Shown one piece after another: positions 40,529 to 49,286 of a stretch of DNA of 64,000 nucleotides. Position 1 is the stretch's first letter, and every line of letters begins with the position of its first letter. Location: NCBI GenBank assembly GCA_964618805.1, contig CAZUBM010000001.1:32001-96000 (forward strand). The letters run 5' to 3'. The position numbers were made by a program, and so were the translations under genes. The stretch is from an uncultured Nitrososphaerota archaeon (lineage in GTDB: Archaea; Korarchaeota; Korarchaeia; Korarchaeales; Korarchaeaceae). Under the pieces are notes generated by a model, which saw only the letters and a program-made list of their open reading frames with translations, was not told the DNA's origin and did no database searches.

Positions 40529-41548
40529 GTGATAAAAATGAAGAGGAGCATTGCTCTGTTTTTAATTGCCGCGTTAATAGCACCCATCATCGTATTCGGC
40601 ATAAGTGCACAGGATCAAAAAGTGGTTGGGATAGATATCACTCCAGGTAGGGTCAAAGACCTTGAGACTGAGTGGGGCCAGAAAAACCTACGTTGGCTAG
40701 AAGGGAACCTAACAGCTGCAGGTTTTCAGATAAAGGAGATCACTGAAATCACTCCGGAGGTCTTGAAAGGTGTTGATGCCCTTATCATAGGGAAGCTTTA
40801 TGATTACAAAAGTGTTTTCTCAGATGCCGAGATAGAAGCGATAAAGAATTGGTTCCTAGAAGGCGGCAAGTTCATTTGGGTTGGAGCGGATAGTGACTAT
40901 ACAGAACCATATCTAAATCCGGATGACATTTCCTTTAAAGCAGGTGAGCCAAATAGGATTCTTGAGGCTATAGGTTCAAGCTTAAGGCTTGAATATGCCT
41001 CTTTAGAGGATCCAACTTGTAACATAGGTGCTGCATACAGAGTAAAGAGCTACGAGGCAAATACAGCAGGTTTTGCAGCAGAAATAACGAAGGAAGCTCC
41101 CGTTGTAATGTTCCATGGACCAACATTCGTAATCGGTTTCAAGAACGGTCAGTATGTCCCATTCAGTGAGGTAGAAGGTCCAAACGTGGTCTGGCTATAC
41201 AGATCTAGCCCTGATGGTACTGTCGTCAGCCATGACGGTGTTGATCCAAAGGCACACAGCGTAGGTGAAACCGGACAATTCGTTGAGGCCGCGGCTGAGA
41301 TAATAAGCCTGGGCACGTTTAAGCCAAAGGGCAAGGTAATAGTTACAGGAGAGTCATTGCTTGGAGACAGGTTCATAGGCACTCCAGAGTATCACGGAGA
41401 ATCATTGCAAGGCATGACCTTCATAATAAACGCGTTTATTTGGGGAACAACGGTAGAGGGACCAGCAATTAGCTTGCCCATGCTGATAGCTATAATCGTA
41501 ATAATCATAATAATCATAGTTGCAGTCATCGTTTTGAGAAGGAAGTGA
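40529..41548 (+). CDS. Cell-surface protein with C-terminal membrane anchor (possibly GATase-like/DUF4350-like fold)
   Basis: Signal peptide, ITPEVLKGVDALII...IKNWFLEGGK pattern, Ile-rich transmembrane helix and RRK end. The fold call is tentative. Confidence 0.6.
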   Translation: MIKMKRSIALFLIAALIAPIIVFGISAQDQKVVGIDITPGRVKDLETEWGQKNLRWLEGNLTAAGFQIKEITEITPEVLKGVDALIIGKLYDYKSVFSDAEIEAIKNWFLEGGKFIWVGADSDYTEPYLNPDDISFKAGEPNRILEAIGSSLRLEYASLEDPTCNIGAAYRVKSYEANTAGFAAEITKEAPVVMFHGPTFVIGFKNGQYVPFSEVEGPNVVWLYRSSPDGTVVSHDGVDPKAHSVGETGQFVEAAAEIISLGTFKPKGKVIVTGESLLGDRFIGTPEYHGESLQGMTFIINAFIWGTTVEGPAISLPMLIAIIVIIIIIIVAVIVLRRK

Positions 41549-41572
41549 TCCCTTCCCCCTCTCTTTTTTATT
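41549..41572 (+). terminator. Pyrimidine-rich/oligo-T archaeal-type terminator candidate
   Basis: TCCCTTCCCCCTCTCTTTTTTATT immediately after the stop codon. Confidence 0.4.
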
Positions 41573-41626
41573 CAAAATCTTTTTAAGAGCTCCTGCTTAC
41601 ACATTTGTTTGAAGGAGTAAGAATAG

Positions 41627-43048
41627 GTGAGAAATTTGGATAAAAAAATAGTAGGTGGCATTCTACTTATACTAGTAATTGTGGTAGGAGCTGGATTCTT
41701 CTTGATGGGCAAGAGAGGCCCGGGACCTACTACCTCACCAACGGTAGCACCGACCGAGGGCATTGTGCTCAAGATAATTACAAGACATGCCAGCACGATC
41801 TGGAAGATTACTAAGGAGAATTTCCTCAATTCAGATTTGGCAAAACAATACAATATAGTTGATTTACGCTTTTATAGCCCTAACTTTGCCCTTTGGCCTG
41901 ATGTAATTCAAAAAGAGAAGCCAGACATAGCTTGGGGAGGAGGCCCAACTCTGTTTAATGATTTAGTAGAGAAGGGATTTGTTGAGCCTCTAACAGATCC
42001 ACAACTGTTAGCAGAGATAAATAACATACCTGATGACATCTCTGGTGCTGAGATGAAGTATTTCATGAACGGAAAACCAATGTGGGTGGCAGCAGCGATA
42101 TCGTCCTTCGGATTCACTTATAATAAGAAGATGCTTAAGGAGCGAGGTCTTCCAAAGCCTCAAACTTGGGAAGATTTAGCTAGCCCCGAATATGGAAAAA
42201 TGCTTCCCATGCCAGCTCTATCATATGCTAGATCTACCACATCAACATCGCATAGCAGAATATATCAGATCATACTTCAAAAAGAGGGTTGGGAACAAGG
42301 ATGGGTGATAATAACTGGTCTTGCTGCAAATGGAAGACCTTATGGAGGGTCCGTTGAGGCTCAATGGGCAGTTCAGACAGGTGAAGTGCCGATCGGAATT
42401 ATGATAGACTTTTATGGGTACGAACTTCAACTTCAATCCCCTGACTTCGTCTATGTTATGCCACCGGGGACCATAGTAAATGGAGATCCTATAGCCCTTC
42501 TCACCACATCAGAGCATCCCGAGGCAGCTCAAGCATTCATAAGGTGGGTCCTATCTGCTGAAGGTCAGGCAGTGCTTTGGCTTGACGAGCGAATAAACAG
42601 AATGCCAGTTAGAGAAGACGCATTTAAGACTCCGAAGGGAAGGGAAAGGGTCGATTTATACACTAGATATAACCAGACAGTTGCTCTGCAAGTCATACAC
42701 TTCAATGAAAGCCTTGCTGGTTCAGTCTACTTCTCAATAGCCTACTATCTCGATGCGGTCCTTTGTGATACTCATGAAGAGCTAGTTAGAACATGGAAAA
42801 AGCTTGTAGATGCTTTAAGTGCAAATAAGATAACACAAGAGGAATTTGAACACTATAGATACGAGCTTGGAAAGCCACTAACTTGGACAGAAGAAGGAAA
42901 AACCTACACATTTACATTAGAATATGCAATCCAGATAAATGATGAGTTAAAGAAGAACCCAGCCTTTGCGTCTAAGATGCAATCGATATGGAGAGAAAAA
43001 GCCGTTCAAAGATATGAGGAACTTTTCAACGAAATTCCTGACCCGTGA
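41627..43048 (+). CDS. ABC transporter substrate-binding protein (Fe3+/thiamine/phosphonate-type family)
   Basis: N-terminal membrane anchor and Thr/Pro linker; DIAWGGG, PQTWEDL, AQAFIRWVLSAEGQ. Confidence 0.88.
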   Translation: MRNLDKKIVGGILLILVIVVGAGFFLMGKRGPGPTTSPTVAPTEGIVLKIITRHASTIWKITKENFLNSDLAKQYNIVDLRFYSPNFALWPDVIQKEKPDIAWGGGPTLFNDLVEKGFVEPLTDPQLLAEINNIPDDISGAEMKYFMNGKPMWVAAAISSFGFTYNKKMLKERGLPKPQTWEDLASPEYGKMLPMPALSYARSTTSTSHSRIYQIILQKEGWEQGWVIITGLAANGRPYGGSVEAQWAVQTGEVPIGIMIDFYGYELQLQSPDFVYVMPPGTIVNGDPIALLTTSEHPEAAQAFIRWVLSAEGQAVLWLDERINRMPVREDAFKTPKGRERVDLYTRYNQTVALQVIHFNESLAGSVYFSIAYYLDAVLCDTHEELVRTWKKLVDALSANKITQEEFEHYRYELGKPLTWTEEGKTYTFTLEYAIQINDELKKNPAFASKMQSIWREKAVQRYEELFNEIPDP

Positions 43049-43210
43049 TAGACCGCTTCATCCCTTTCTTTTTGCTGCAATAATGAGCATGCTCATTACA
43101 TTAAAACAAAAGGAGGTTTTCTTTAGCCTCCTAACCTACTTTTATCCAGAAGTAACTGAAAAATTAATCCTTAAATCTATATTTATATAACCGGCACACA
43201 ATTCACTTCG

Positions 43211-45115
43211 GTGCCAAAGGTGCTCCATCCTAGAGAATCTCCACTAACACAACTTAGGAAGATTCTCCGGAAGATATGCTGGGAAATGGATCTGTTCTCT
43301 TGGTCACAACTATTCCTTGTACTTGTTTCGTTCACCGCCTTCCTGCTGCTTCCTCTTTTCATGGTAATAGCTAGGTCCTTTTATGCTGGTGGAGGTTTTT
43401 CATTACACTGGATAAAGTCTGTCTTAAGCGATCAATATTACTTCCCATTAAGGATTCATATAACTTCAGATTTCCCTTTTATAACCTTAGAAGGGATTAG
43501 GGGAAAGCTAATTGATGTGATAAGCTACTCAGATCCAACAGGAAAGATGGTTAAGATTTTACTTATTAGGGGATGGGATTTCGGAGTAATTCTCAATTCT
43601 GTTATTGTAGCTACAATGACAACAATCTTTACAACAATACTGGGCTTCATCCTAGCTTTCTTATTTGCAAAGTATAAATTTCCTGGCTCTGAAGCTCTAA
43701 GGATAGTATCACTGATACCGCTCCTTTCAACGCCATTTGTAGGAGCTATCGGCCTAAAGAAGATGATTGTGGCTGACGGAGTGTTAAACGTTCTATTTCA
43801 TGATATCCTAGGGATAATCCCCTTTAAGGTCGAGATAACTGGTCTTCCAGCAGTAATTTTTGTTCAGACCCTGCTATTTTATCCTATTGTCATGTTGAAT
43901 GCTTATACCGCACTAATAAGCATAGATCCTTCTCTAGAAGAACAAGCAATGAACATGGGGGCTTCTGGTTTTAAGCTCTTTAGAACAATTACTTTTCCTC
44001 TCTCAACTCCTGGAGTTGAGGCTGGTGCACTTTTAGTGTTCATTCTCTCCCTTGAAGATCTAGGAACTCCTATTGTGTTTAAGGGAACTACTGCCGAGAA
44101 AGTCCTTACCTTTCAGATATTCAACAGAATTTTCACTCCAGCTGGCCTGATATCGCAGGAGGCTACAACTCTAGCAATGATTCTCCTTTTAATGTCTGCT
44201 ACCGTTTTCATAGCTGTAAGAAAGTACGTTAGCCTTAAACGCTACGCTATGTTGGGCAAGGGAGGGATTTGGAGACCAAGAAGAAGAACTCTTTCCTGGA
44301 AGGCTACTGCATTAATATACTTCTTTATACTTGGAACTCTGTTCTTCGCCACACTTCCGCATCTTGGAGTGACTTTGCTTGCTTTCGCTAATAGGTGGGG
44401 AACAACAATCTTGCCATCAGATTTCACATTAGACAACTTCAAGGCCATACTCTCCGATCCTGACACCACTCGAAGCATCATGAACAGCTTGGTTTATTCG
44501 GGCATCGCTACGCTCTTCATGATCCTCTTAGGGGTTAGTGCTGCCTATCTGGTTTCTAGGAAAAGAGATGTTCCAGGTATGGAAGTTCTCGATCTTCTGG
44601 CAACATTACCTATAGCTGTGCCTGGGATAGCTGTTGCTACGGGTCTCTTTCTAACCTATCTTGGGACACCGTTGAGCCCAACGATAAGCGGAGCACCCCT
44701 TTTAATTGCTGCCTATACTATTAGGAAGATACCCTTTACTGTTAGATCTGTTTTCTCAGGGCTAGAACAAACGGACAAAACTCTTGACGAAGTTGCTTGG
44801 ACGGTTGGTGCTAGTAAAACGAGGACGTTCTTCACAATAATCCTTCCTTTAATTCTCCTAAATGTCTTAGCAGGAGGAATGCTCTCCTTCATCTACTCAA
44901 TGTCAGAGGTGAGTACAGGGATAGTTGTAGGCGATGCTAATCACCAAGATGCCCCAATGACTTGGAAGATGTACGATATGTTGTTCCATGGTCTGGCAGG
45001 GGGGTTATTCAGACCAGCAGCAATGGGCTTTATGTTAATGAGCCTTCAATTCGTCTTCATAGTTACAGCAAACTTGCTTCTGAGGAGGAGAGCTACTCCA
45101 CTATTGGGTGTTTGA
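43211..45115 (+). CDS. ABC transporter permease (fused double domain, FbpB/ThiP type)
   Basis: Two EAA loops: LEEQAMNMGAS and LDEVAWTVGAS. Confidence 0.92.
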   Translation: MPKVLHPRESPLTQLRKILRKICWEMDLFSWSQLFLVLVSFTAFLLLPLFMVIARSFYAGGGFSLHWIKSVLSDQYYFPLRIHITSDFPFITLEGIRGKLIDVISYSDPTGKMVKILLIRGWDFGVILNSVIVATMTTIFTTILGFILAFLFAKYKFPGSEALRIVSLIPLLSTPFVGAIGLKKMIVADGVLNVLFHDILGIIPFKVEITGLPAVIFVQTLLFYPIVMLNAYTALISIDPSLEEQAMNMGASGFKLFRTITFPLSTPGVEAGALLVFILSLEDLGTPIVFKGTTAEKVLTFQIFNRIFTPAGLISQEATTLAMILLLMSATVFIAVRKYVSLKRYAMLGKGGIWRPRRRTLSWKATALIYFFILGTLFFATLPHLGVTLLAFANRWGTTILPSDFTLDNFKAILSDPDTTRSIMNSLVYSGIATLFMILLGVSAAYLVSRKRDVPGMEVLDLLATLPIAVPGIAVATGLFLTYLGTPLSPTISGAPLLIAAYTIRKIPFTVRSVFSGLEQTDKTLDEVAWTVGASKTRTFFTIILPLILLNVLAGGMLSFIYSMSEVSTGIVVGDANHQDAPMTWKMYDMLFHGLAGGLFRPAAMGFMLMSLQFVFIVTANLLLRRRATPLLGV

Positions 45116-45215
45116 GGATGAATCGCTTTTCGCAATCTCAACAACTCATGAAGATCAAACTTATTTTCATGATCTTTTCTTGTTTATACCTGACTAAATA
45201 AAGGGAGGGGAAAGA

Positions 45216-46283
45216 TTGGTTAGAATTAGAACAGAGAACCTTACTAAGAGGTTTGGCAAAGTGGTCGCTGTAGATAAGGCAACTTTAGAGATAAAAGACG
45301 GAGAATTCTTTACCTTGCTTGGTCCATCAGGGTGCGGGAAGACAACTTTTCTAAGGTGCATTGCTGGGCTTGAACTGCCTGATGAGGGTAGAATTTACTT
45401 CGATGACGAGGACGTAACAGAAGTACCTCCACATAAGAGAGATGCAGGTATGGTGTTCCAGAACTACGCCTTGTGGCCGCATATGAACGTGTTCGATAAC
45501 ATTGCCTATGGTCTGAAAATAAAGGGTTATAAGAAGGATGAAATCCTAAAAAGGGTGCGAGAAGTCCTCAAACTAGTAAAACTTGAAGGACTTGAGAACA
45601 GGACACCTCACCAACTATCAGGAGGGCAGCAACAGAGGGTTGCTTTGGCAAGGGCAATAGTGATAAACCCAAAAGTTTTGCTGTTCGACGAACCATTAAG
45701 CAACCTTGATGCAAAGCTCAGACTCGAGATGAGAGCAGAACTGAAGAAGCTTCAGAGGGAGTTAGGCGTAACCACGATCTACGTAACTCATGACCAAGAG
45801 GAAGCTATGAGCATATCGGATAGGATAGCCATCATGAATAGAGGAAGGATAATGCAGATAGGCACGCCAAGGGAGATATATGAGAATCCTAAGAATGAGT
45901 TCGTGGCAAGGTTCATAGGTCAAGGCACTTTCTTTAAAGGAGAGGTTGTTAGCGAGGAGAACGGCTTCCTAATTGTAGAGGTAAGCGGCTCCAATAAGAA
46001 GCTCAAGACAAGGCCATCCGATCCAACAAATCCTCCCCAACCAGGCGACAAGGTTTTAGTTCTCATCAGACCTGAAAATTTTGTCGTTGGAGAGATTCCC
46101 GATGGGAATAGCTTTGAATGTGAGGTGTATCACATCTCTTATTTGGGAGATGCCCAAAGGATCCAAGCTACTGGAGAAGGTGGAACCTTCATAATAGAGA
46201 CAGATCCAGACATACCTGTCAAAGTGGGACAAAAAATCAAAGTTTCTGCTACTCCAAGGGAGACAATTGCACTTAAGCTTTGA
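45216..46283 (+). CDS. ABC transporter ATP-binding protein (PotA/FbpC type, TOBE domain)
   Basis: GPSGCGKT, LSGGQQQR, DEPLSNLD, VTHDQEEA. Confidence 0.96.
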   Translation: MVRIRTENLTKRFGKVVAVDKATLEIKDGEFFTLLGPSGCGKTTFLRCIAGLELPDEGRIYFDDEDVTEVPPHKRDAGMVFQNYALWPHMNVFDNIAYGLKIKGYKKDEILKRVREVLKLVKLEGLENRTPHQLSGGQQQRVALARAIVINPKVLLFDEPLSNLDAKLRLEMRAELKKLQRELGVTTIYVTHDQEEAMSISDRIAIMNRGRIMQIGTPREIYENPKNEFVARFIGQGTFFKGEVVSEENGFLIVEVSGSNKKLKTRPSDPTNPPQPGDKVLVLIRPENFVVGEIPDGNSFECEVYHISYLGDAQRIQATGEGGTFIIETDPDIPVKVGQKIKVSATPRETIALKL

Positions 46284-46312
46284 GATGTTTGGTAACCAAC
46301 GTAATAACTACT

Positions 46313-46477
46313 TCAGAAGCCAGAGACACATGCTGAATGGCAGGCGCTATGACATGCTGAATGGCAAGCGCTATGACATGCTGAATGGCAAGCATCATGA
46401 ACGCATGCGCTATGACATGCGTCGTGAACACATGCTGAATGGCATGCATCGTGTTCAACACATGCTGAATAGCAAGC
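46313..46477 (-). repeat. Coding repeat (ACHS)n/(ACVHD)n
   Basis: Encodes ACYSACVEHDACHSACVHDACHSACVHDACHSACHSACHSACHSACHSACVSGF-stop (12 Cys, 10 His). Synonymous codons vary between units (TCA/AGC, TGC/TGT). Confidence 0.95.
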
Positions 46478-48079
46478 TTCTTTAGATCCGGTCCTTTCTA
46501 TAGACTCAACCGTTCTATCTGCTACCTTCTCTATGCCCTCAACGACATCCTTGCTTATCGACTCTATTGTGTTAACGACCCTGTTAGCGAAGTCCTCTAC
46601 CCTTACAACAATAGTTCTTGCACCTCTTTCAATGGGTGTCACTACAGGGAAAGTTCTAGTCGTAGGAGTGGGCCTTATCCTAACTTTCTCCCCAGGGCTC
46701 GTTGGAGTAAAAACGCGCCTCACCCTTTGATGAGAGTGCGTGTGGATTATGAGCCAAGGCCAGTTGTTGTTCCAGTAATCAACTCTTTCCTGAATTCTTC
46801 TTCGCTCTTCAAGTTCTTTCCACTTTTCATCTACTAGCTCTTTGTACTTATTTCTCGTCTCCTTTATGTCCGCATCCCATGCTTTCTCGTTCAGGCTGTA
46901 TGCTACTTCCCTCAAAATCGAACGAAGTTCCTCCTCATTAATAGAACCATCGTCCTTAATCGCATCTATGAACTTTAACTCATATCTCTTCAACTCTTCC
47001 TTCTTTTTCTCTAAACTCTGATAATTTACTGAATACTTCGGTGGCTTAAGAGAGGTCATCTGTACTATACCTTTCTCCATTAGTCCGAGAGCTATGAGAG
47101 CTATAACTTTATCAGCTGAAGATACAAGCATAGCAGCCTCTGGAGGATCTAGTTCTGGCACTTTTTCTGGGATCTCAAATGTTTCTATCTCTATCTCAGG
47201 TGCTTCGTACCTCGGAACCCTTCGCCTCCTCTCCCTCTTGCTTAGGTACATGATAAATGATCCAAACATCATGATAGTTGCTACTGCGATTATGGCCCAT
47301 CCATATGAGGCTAGTGGACCAGGAGGTGCCGCTATTGGGGATGCAGGAGGCGGAAAAGTTGGGGAAGGACCTAATGTGAAATACTTGCTGGGAATGTACA
47401 GTTCCACGATAAAGTGATAGTATGGCTCGAGATTTGTCTTAGATATGTAGATTGAGAGCCAGCTCTTTCCAGTAGTTTCATCCACCGTTGGATAGAAGGA
47501 CCAACGGTAATCGGTGAGGTCTCCATAGCCTATCCCCAAACTATCTATAAGTCCTTGAGTTATCTGTTCAGGCTTTGTTATCTCCGGAGAAAGCTCGACC
47601 GGCATCACTATCATGACAGTTTCATTTTCTATGGGTAAACTCCACTGGAAAGGGGCCCAAGCGAATATCGAGTACGGCTTATCGAACATCTCTTGTTCTA
47701 TTATCACAGGTTTGTCTACGCTATACCTAATGCTTACAGTATACTGCTCTCCAGGTGCGGTCGTGAATCCAAATAACACGGAATATAGCCCTTCATCGAC
47801 CCTAGAAAGCTCTACTTCACGAATTTCTGAATCATGAATTATGAAAGCGCTCTTTATATTATGACCCTCCTCGAAAGGACCTAGCTTTCTAATTCTGTCC
47901 CTGGAATTATGCTCCAGGAACGTAAGGTTGTACTCCACTTCCATAGTGCCATCAGATTTCAATACAACCCATATAACCACCTTCTCAATCGTTACTTCTT
48001 GACAAGAGACTTGATACGCAAGCCCTGAGATAAGGATAAGGGCAAGGAAAACAAAAACCAACCAAAAAGACCTTTTCAT
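46313..48079 (-). CDS. DUF2207-like single-pass membrane protein with Cys/His-repeat C-terminal tail
   Basis: Start at ATG 48079 (MKRSFWL, after GGGAGATGAT); signal peptide; beta-rich ectodomain (LKSDGTMEVEY); Pro linker; transmembrane helix followed by KRERRRR; LDPPEAA...GLMEKG and LKRYELKFI motifs; 12-Cys tail. Confidence 0.8.
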   Translation of the reverse strand: MKRSFWLVFVFLALILISGLAYQVSCQEVTIEKVVIWVVLKSDGTMEVEYNLTFLEHNSRDRIRKLGPFEEGHNIKSAFIIHDSEIREVELSRVDEGLYSVLFGFTTAPGEQYTVSIRYSVDKPVIIEQEMFDKPYSIFAWAPFQWSLPIENETVMIVMPVELSPEITKPEQITQGLIDSLGIGYGDLTDYRWSFYPTVDETTGKSWLSIYISKTNLEPYYHFIVELYIPSKYFTLGPSPTFPPPASPIAAPPGPLASYGWAIIAVATIMMFGSFIMYLSKRERRRRVPRYEAPEIEIETFEIPEKVPELDPPEAAMLVSSADKVIALIALGLMEKGIVQMTSLKPPKYSVNYQSLEKKKEELKRYELKFIDAIKDDGSINEEELRSILREVAYSLNEKAWDADIKETRNKYKELVDEKWKELEERRRIQERVDYWNNNWPWLIIHTHSHQRVRRVFTPTSPGEKVRIRPTPTTRTFPVVTPIERGARTIVVRVEDFANRVVNTIESISKDVVEGIEKVADRTVESIERTGSKEACYSACVEHDACHSACVHDACHSACVHDACHSACHSACHSACHSACHSACVSGF

Positions 48080-48080
48080 A

Positions 48081-49286
48081 TCATCTCCCCCACTGGCTGT
48101 CAACAGCTTCCTTTACATTTTTTCCGATCTCGTCAAAGAAGCTTTTCAGGCGATCATTGCTAAATGGGCCTTCATCCTCAAACAAAGGTCTAATGGCTCC
48201 AGCAGCCTGCTCTGGGTCTCCTTCAGATTCTTCGATGGCAATCAGCAGCCTATCTAAAGCCGTAGATGTGGAATCTAGTATCCCAGGATATTCTATCCTT
48301 AACTTAGGTAGCTGTGAAAACCTGCTTTCTTCATCATGTAACGCATCAAGAGGCTTTCTGAACCTCTTTATCCCTCTGTCAAAACCTAGAAGAATTTTCC
48401 TTGAGAAAGCAAGGTTTTTTATGATCTCCTCCAGCTTTTTCTTTTCCTCCATAACGTTGCTGACCTCTCTATGGCATTCTGATGTCACAGGATCAGTGTA
48501 GTTACTAGGATCAGCATATCCGTTGGCTAAATCCCATATAAACCTTTTAACGCCTTCCTCCTTAGCTAATTTATCCAGATTTTCCTCATAAAAGATCAAT
48601 TCTTGTTTTAACTCAGCCATTCTGACGAAAACTTCTGCCCAGGCCTTTTCTGCCTCTTTTTTATCCTTTTCCCATTTTTTCTTCAAATTCTGCCATTTCA
48701 TCCTTACTTTAAATATTTCAAAGTCGATACAATCTATTTCTCTATCAAGGACTTGTATCTCTCTATCCATCTCACTAATTAGCCTTCTATTGAGAATCCG
48801 TCTGATAATCCCCTTAGATAGCTGAGCTTTTCTAACGAGAAGCTCTCCCCTTCTCAATGACAGTTTTCTTCTCTTAGCTTTGAGCTTTTCTTCCTTTTCA
48901 TTCAGTTTAGGATTTGCTTTCTTCATCTTCTCAGCTTCCTTCTTCAGTTTCTTGTGAATTTTATCGGCCTCTCTTTCTAATTTAATCAACTCTTCCTTAA
49001 TCGCCTTTATTTTATCTTCTATCACCCTTTTCTCCATCTCAATCCTGTACTCAATATCGTCGCATAATCTTCCACATCCTTCACTCATTTTACTGATAAG
49101 CTTAGTAGCCCACTTCTCTTCTAACTGTTCTAAGTACTTTAGTAGCAGATCATACTTTTTTCTAACCTTATATTCTAAGGACTCCAACCTTCTAGCGCAT
49201 TCCCTGACTTTAAGAGATAAGCCAGCTAATTTACTGTCAAGTGCTTTCACAGAGATCACAAGAACGCCTTTACTTGCCAACGCCAA
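48081..49286 (-). CDS. Hypothetical long coiled-coil protein
   Basis: About 400 aa, very rich in E/K/R/L with heptad-like runs and no catalytic motif; abuts or overlaps both neighbours. Confidence 0.8.
   Translation of the reverse strand: MALASKGVLVISVKALDSKLAGLSLKVRECARRLESLEYKVRKKYDLLLKYLEQLEEKWATKLISKMSEGCGRLCDDIEYRIEMEKRVIEDKIKAIKEELIKLEREADKIHKKLKKEAEKMKKANPKLNEKEEKLKAKRRKLSLRRGELLVRKAQLSKGIIRRILNRRLISEMDREIQVLDREIDCIDFEIFKVRMKWQNLKKKWEKDKKEAEKAWAEVFVRMAELKQELIFYEENLDKLAKEEGVKRFIWDLANGYADPSNYTDPVTSECHREVSNVMEEKKKLEEIIKNLAFSRKILLGFDRGIKRFRKPLDALHDEESRFSQLPKLRIEYPGILDSTSTALDRLLIAIEESEGDPEQAAGAIRPLFEDEGPFSNDRLKSFFDEIGKNVKEAVDSQWGR

Noticed and set aside
46313-46315. TGA at the end of the Cys tail as selenocysteine
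   Set aside because: Read-through gives no further repeat and runs into the convergent ABC ATPase gene. No Sec machinery or recognisable SECIS element is in the window.
46313-46477. Repeat as a CRISPR array or multiheme cytochrome motif
   Set aside because: Units are 12-18 bp with no unique spacers and no cas genes. The spacing is CxxxC/CH rather than CxxCH.
46267-46485. ORFs 46267-46485 (+, MLNG repeats) and 46273-46461 (-, AIQHV repeats) as separate precursor peptides
   Set aside because: They are alternative frames of the same repeat. The nucleotide differences between units are synonymous in the ACHS frame, which continues the long membrane-protein ORF.
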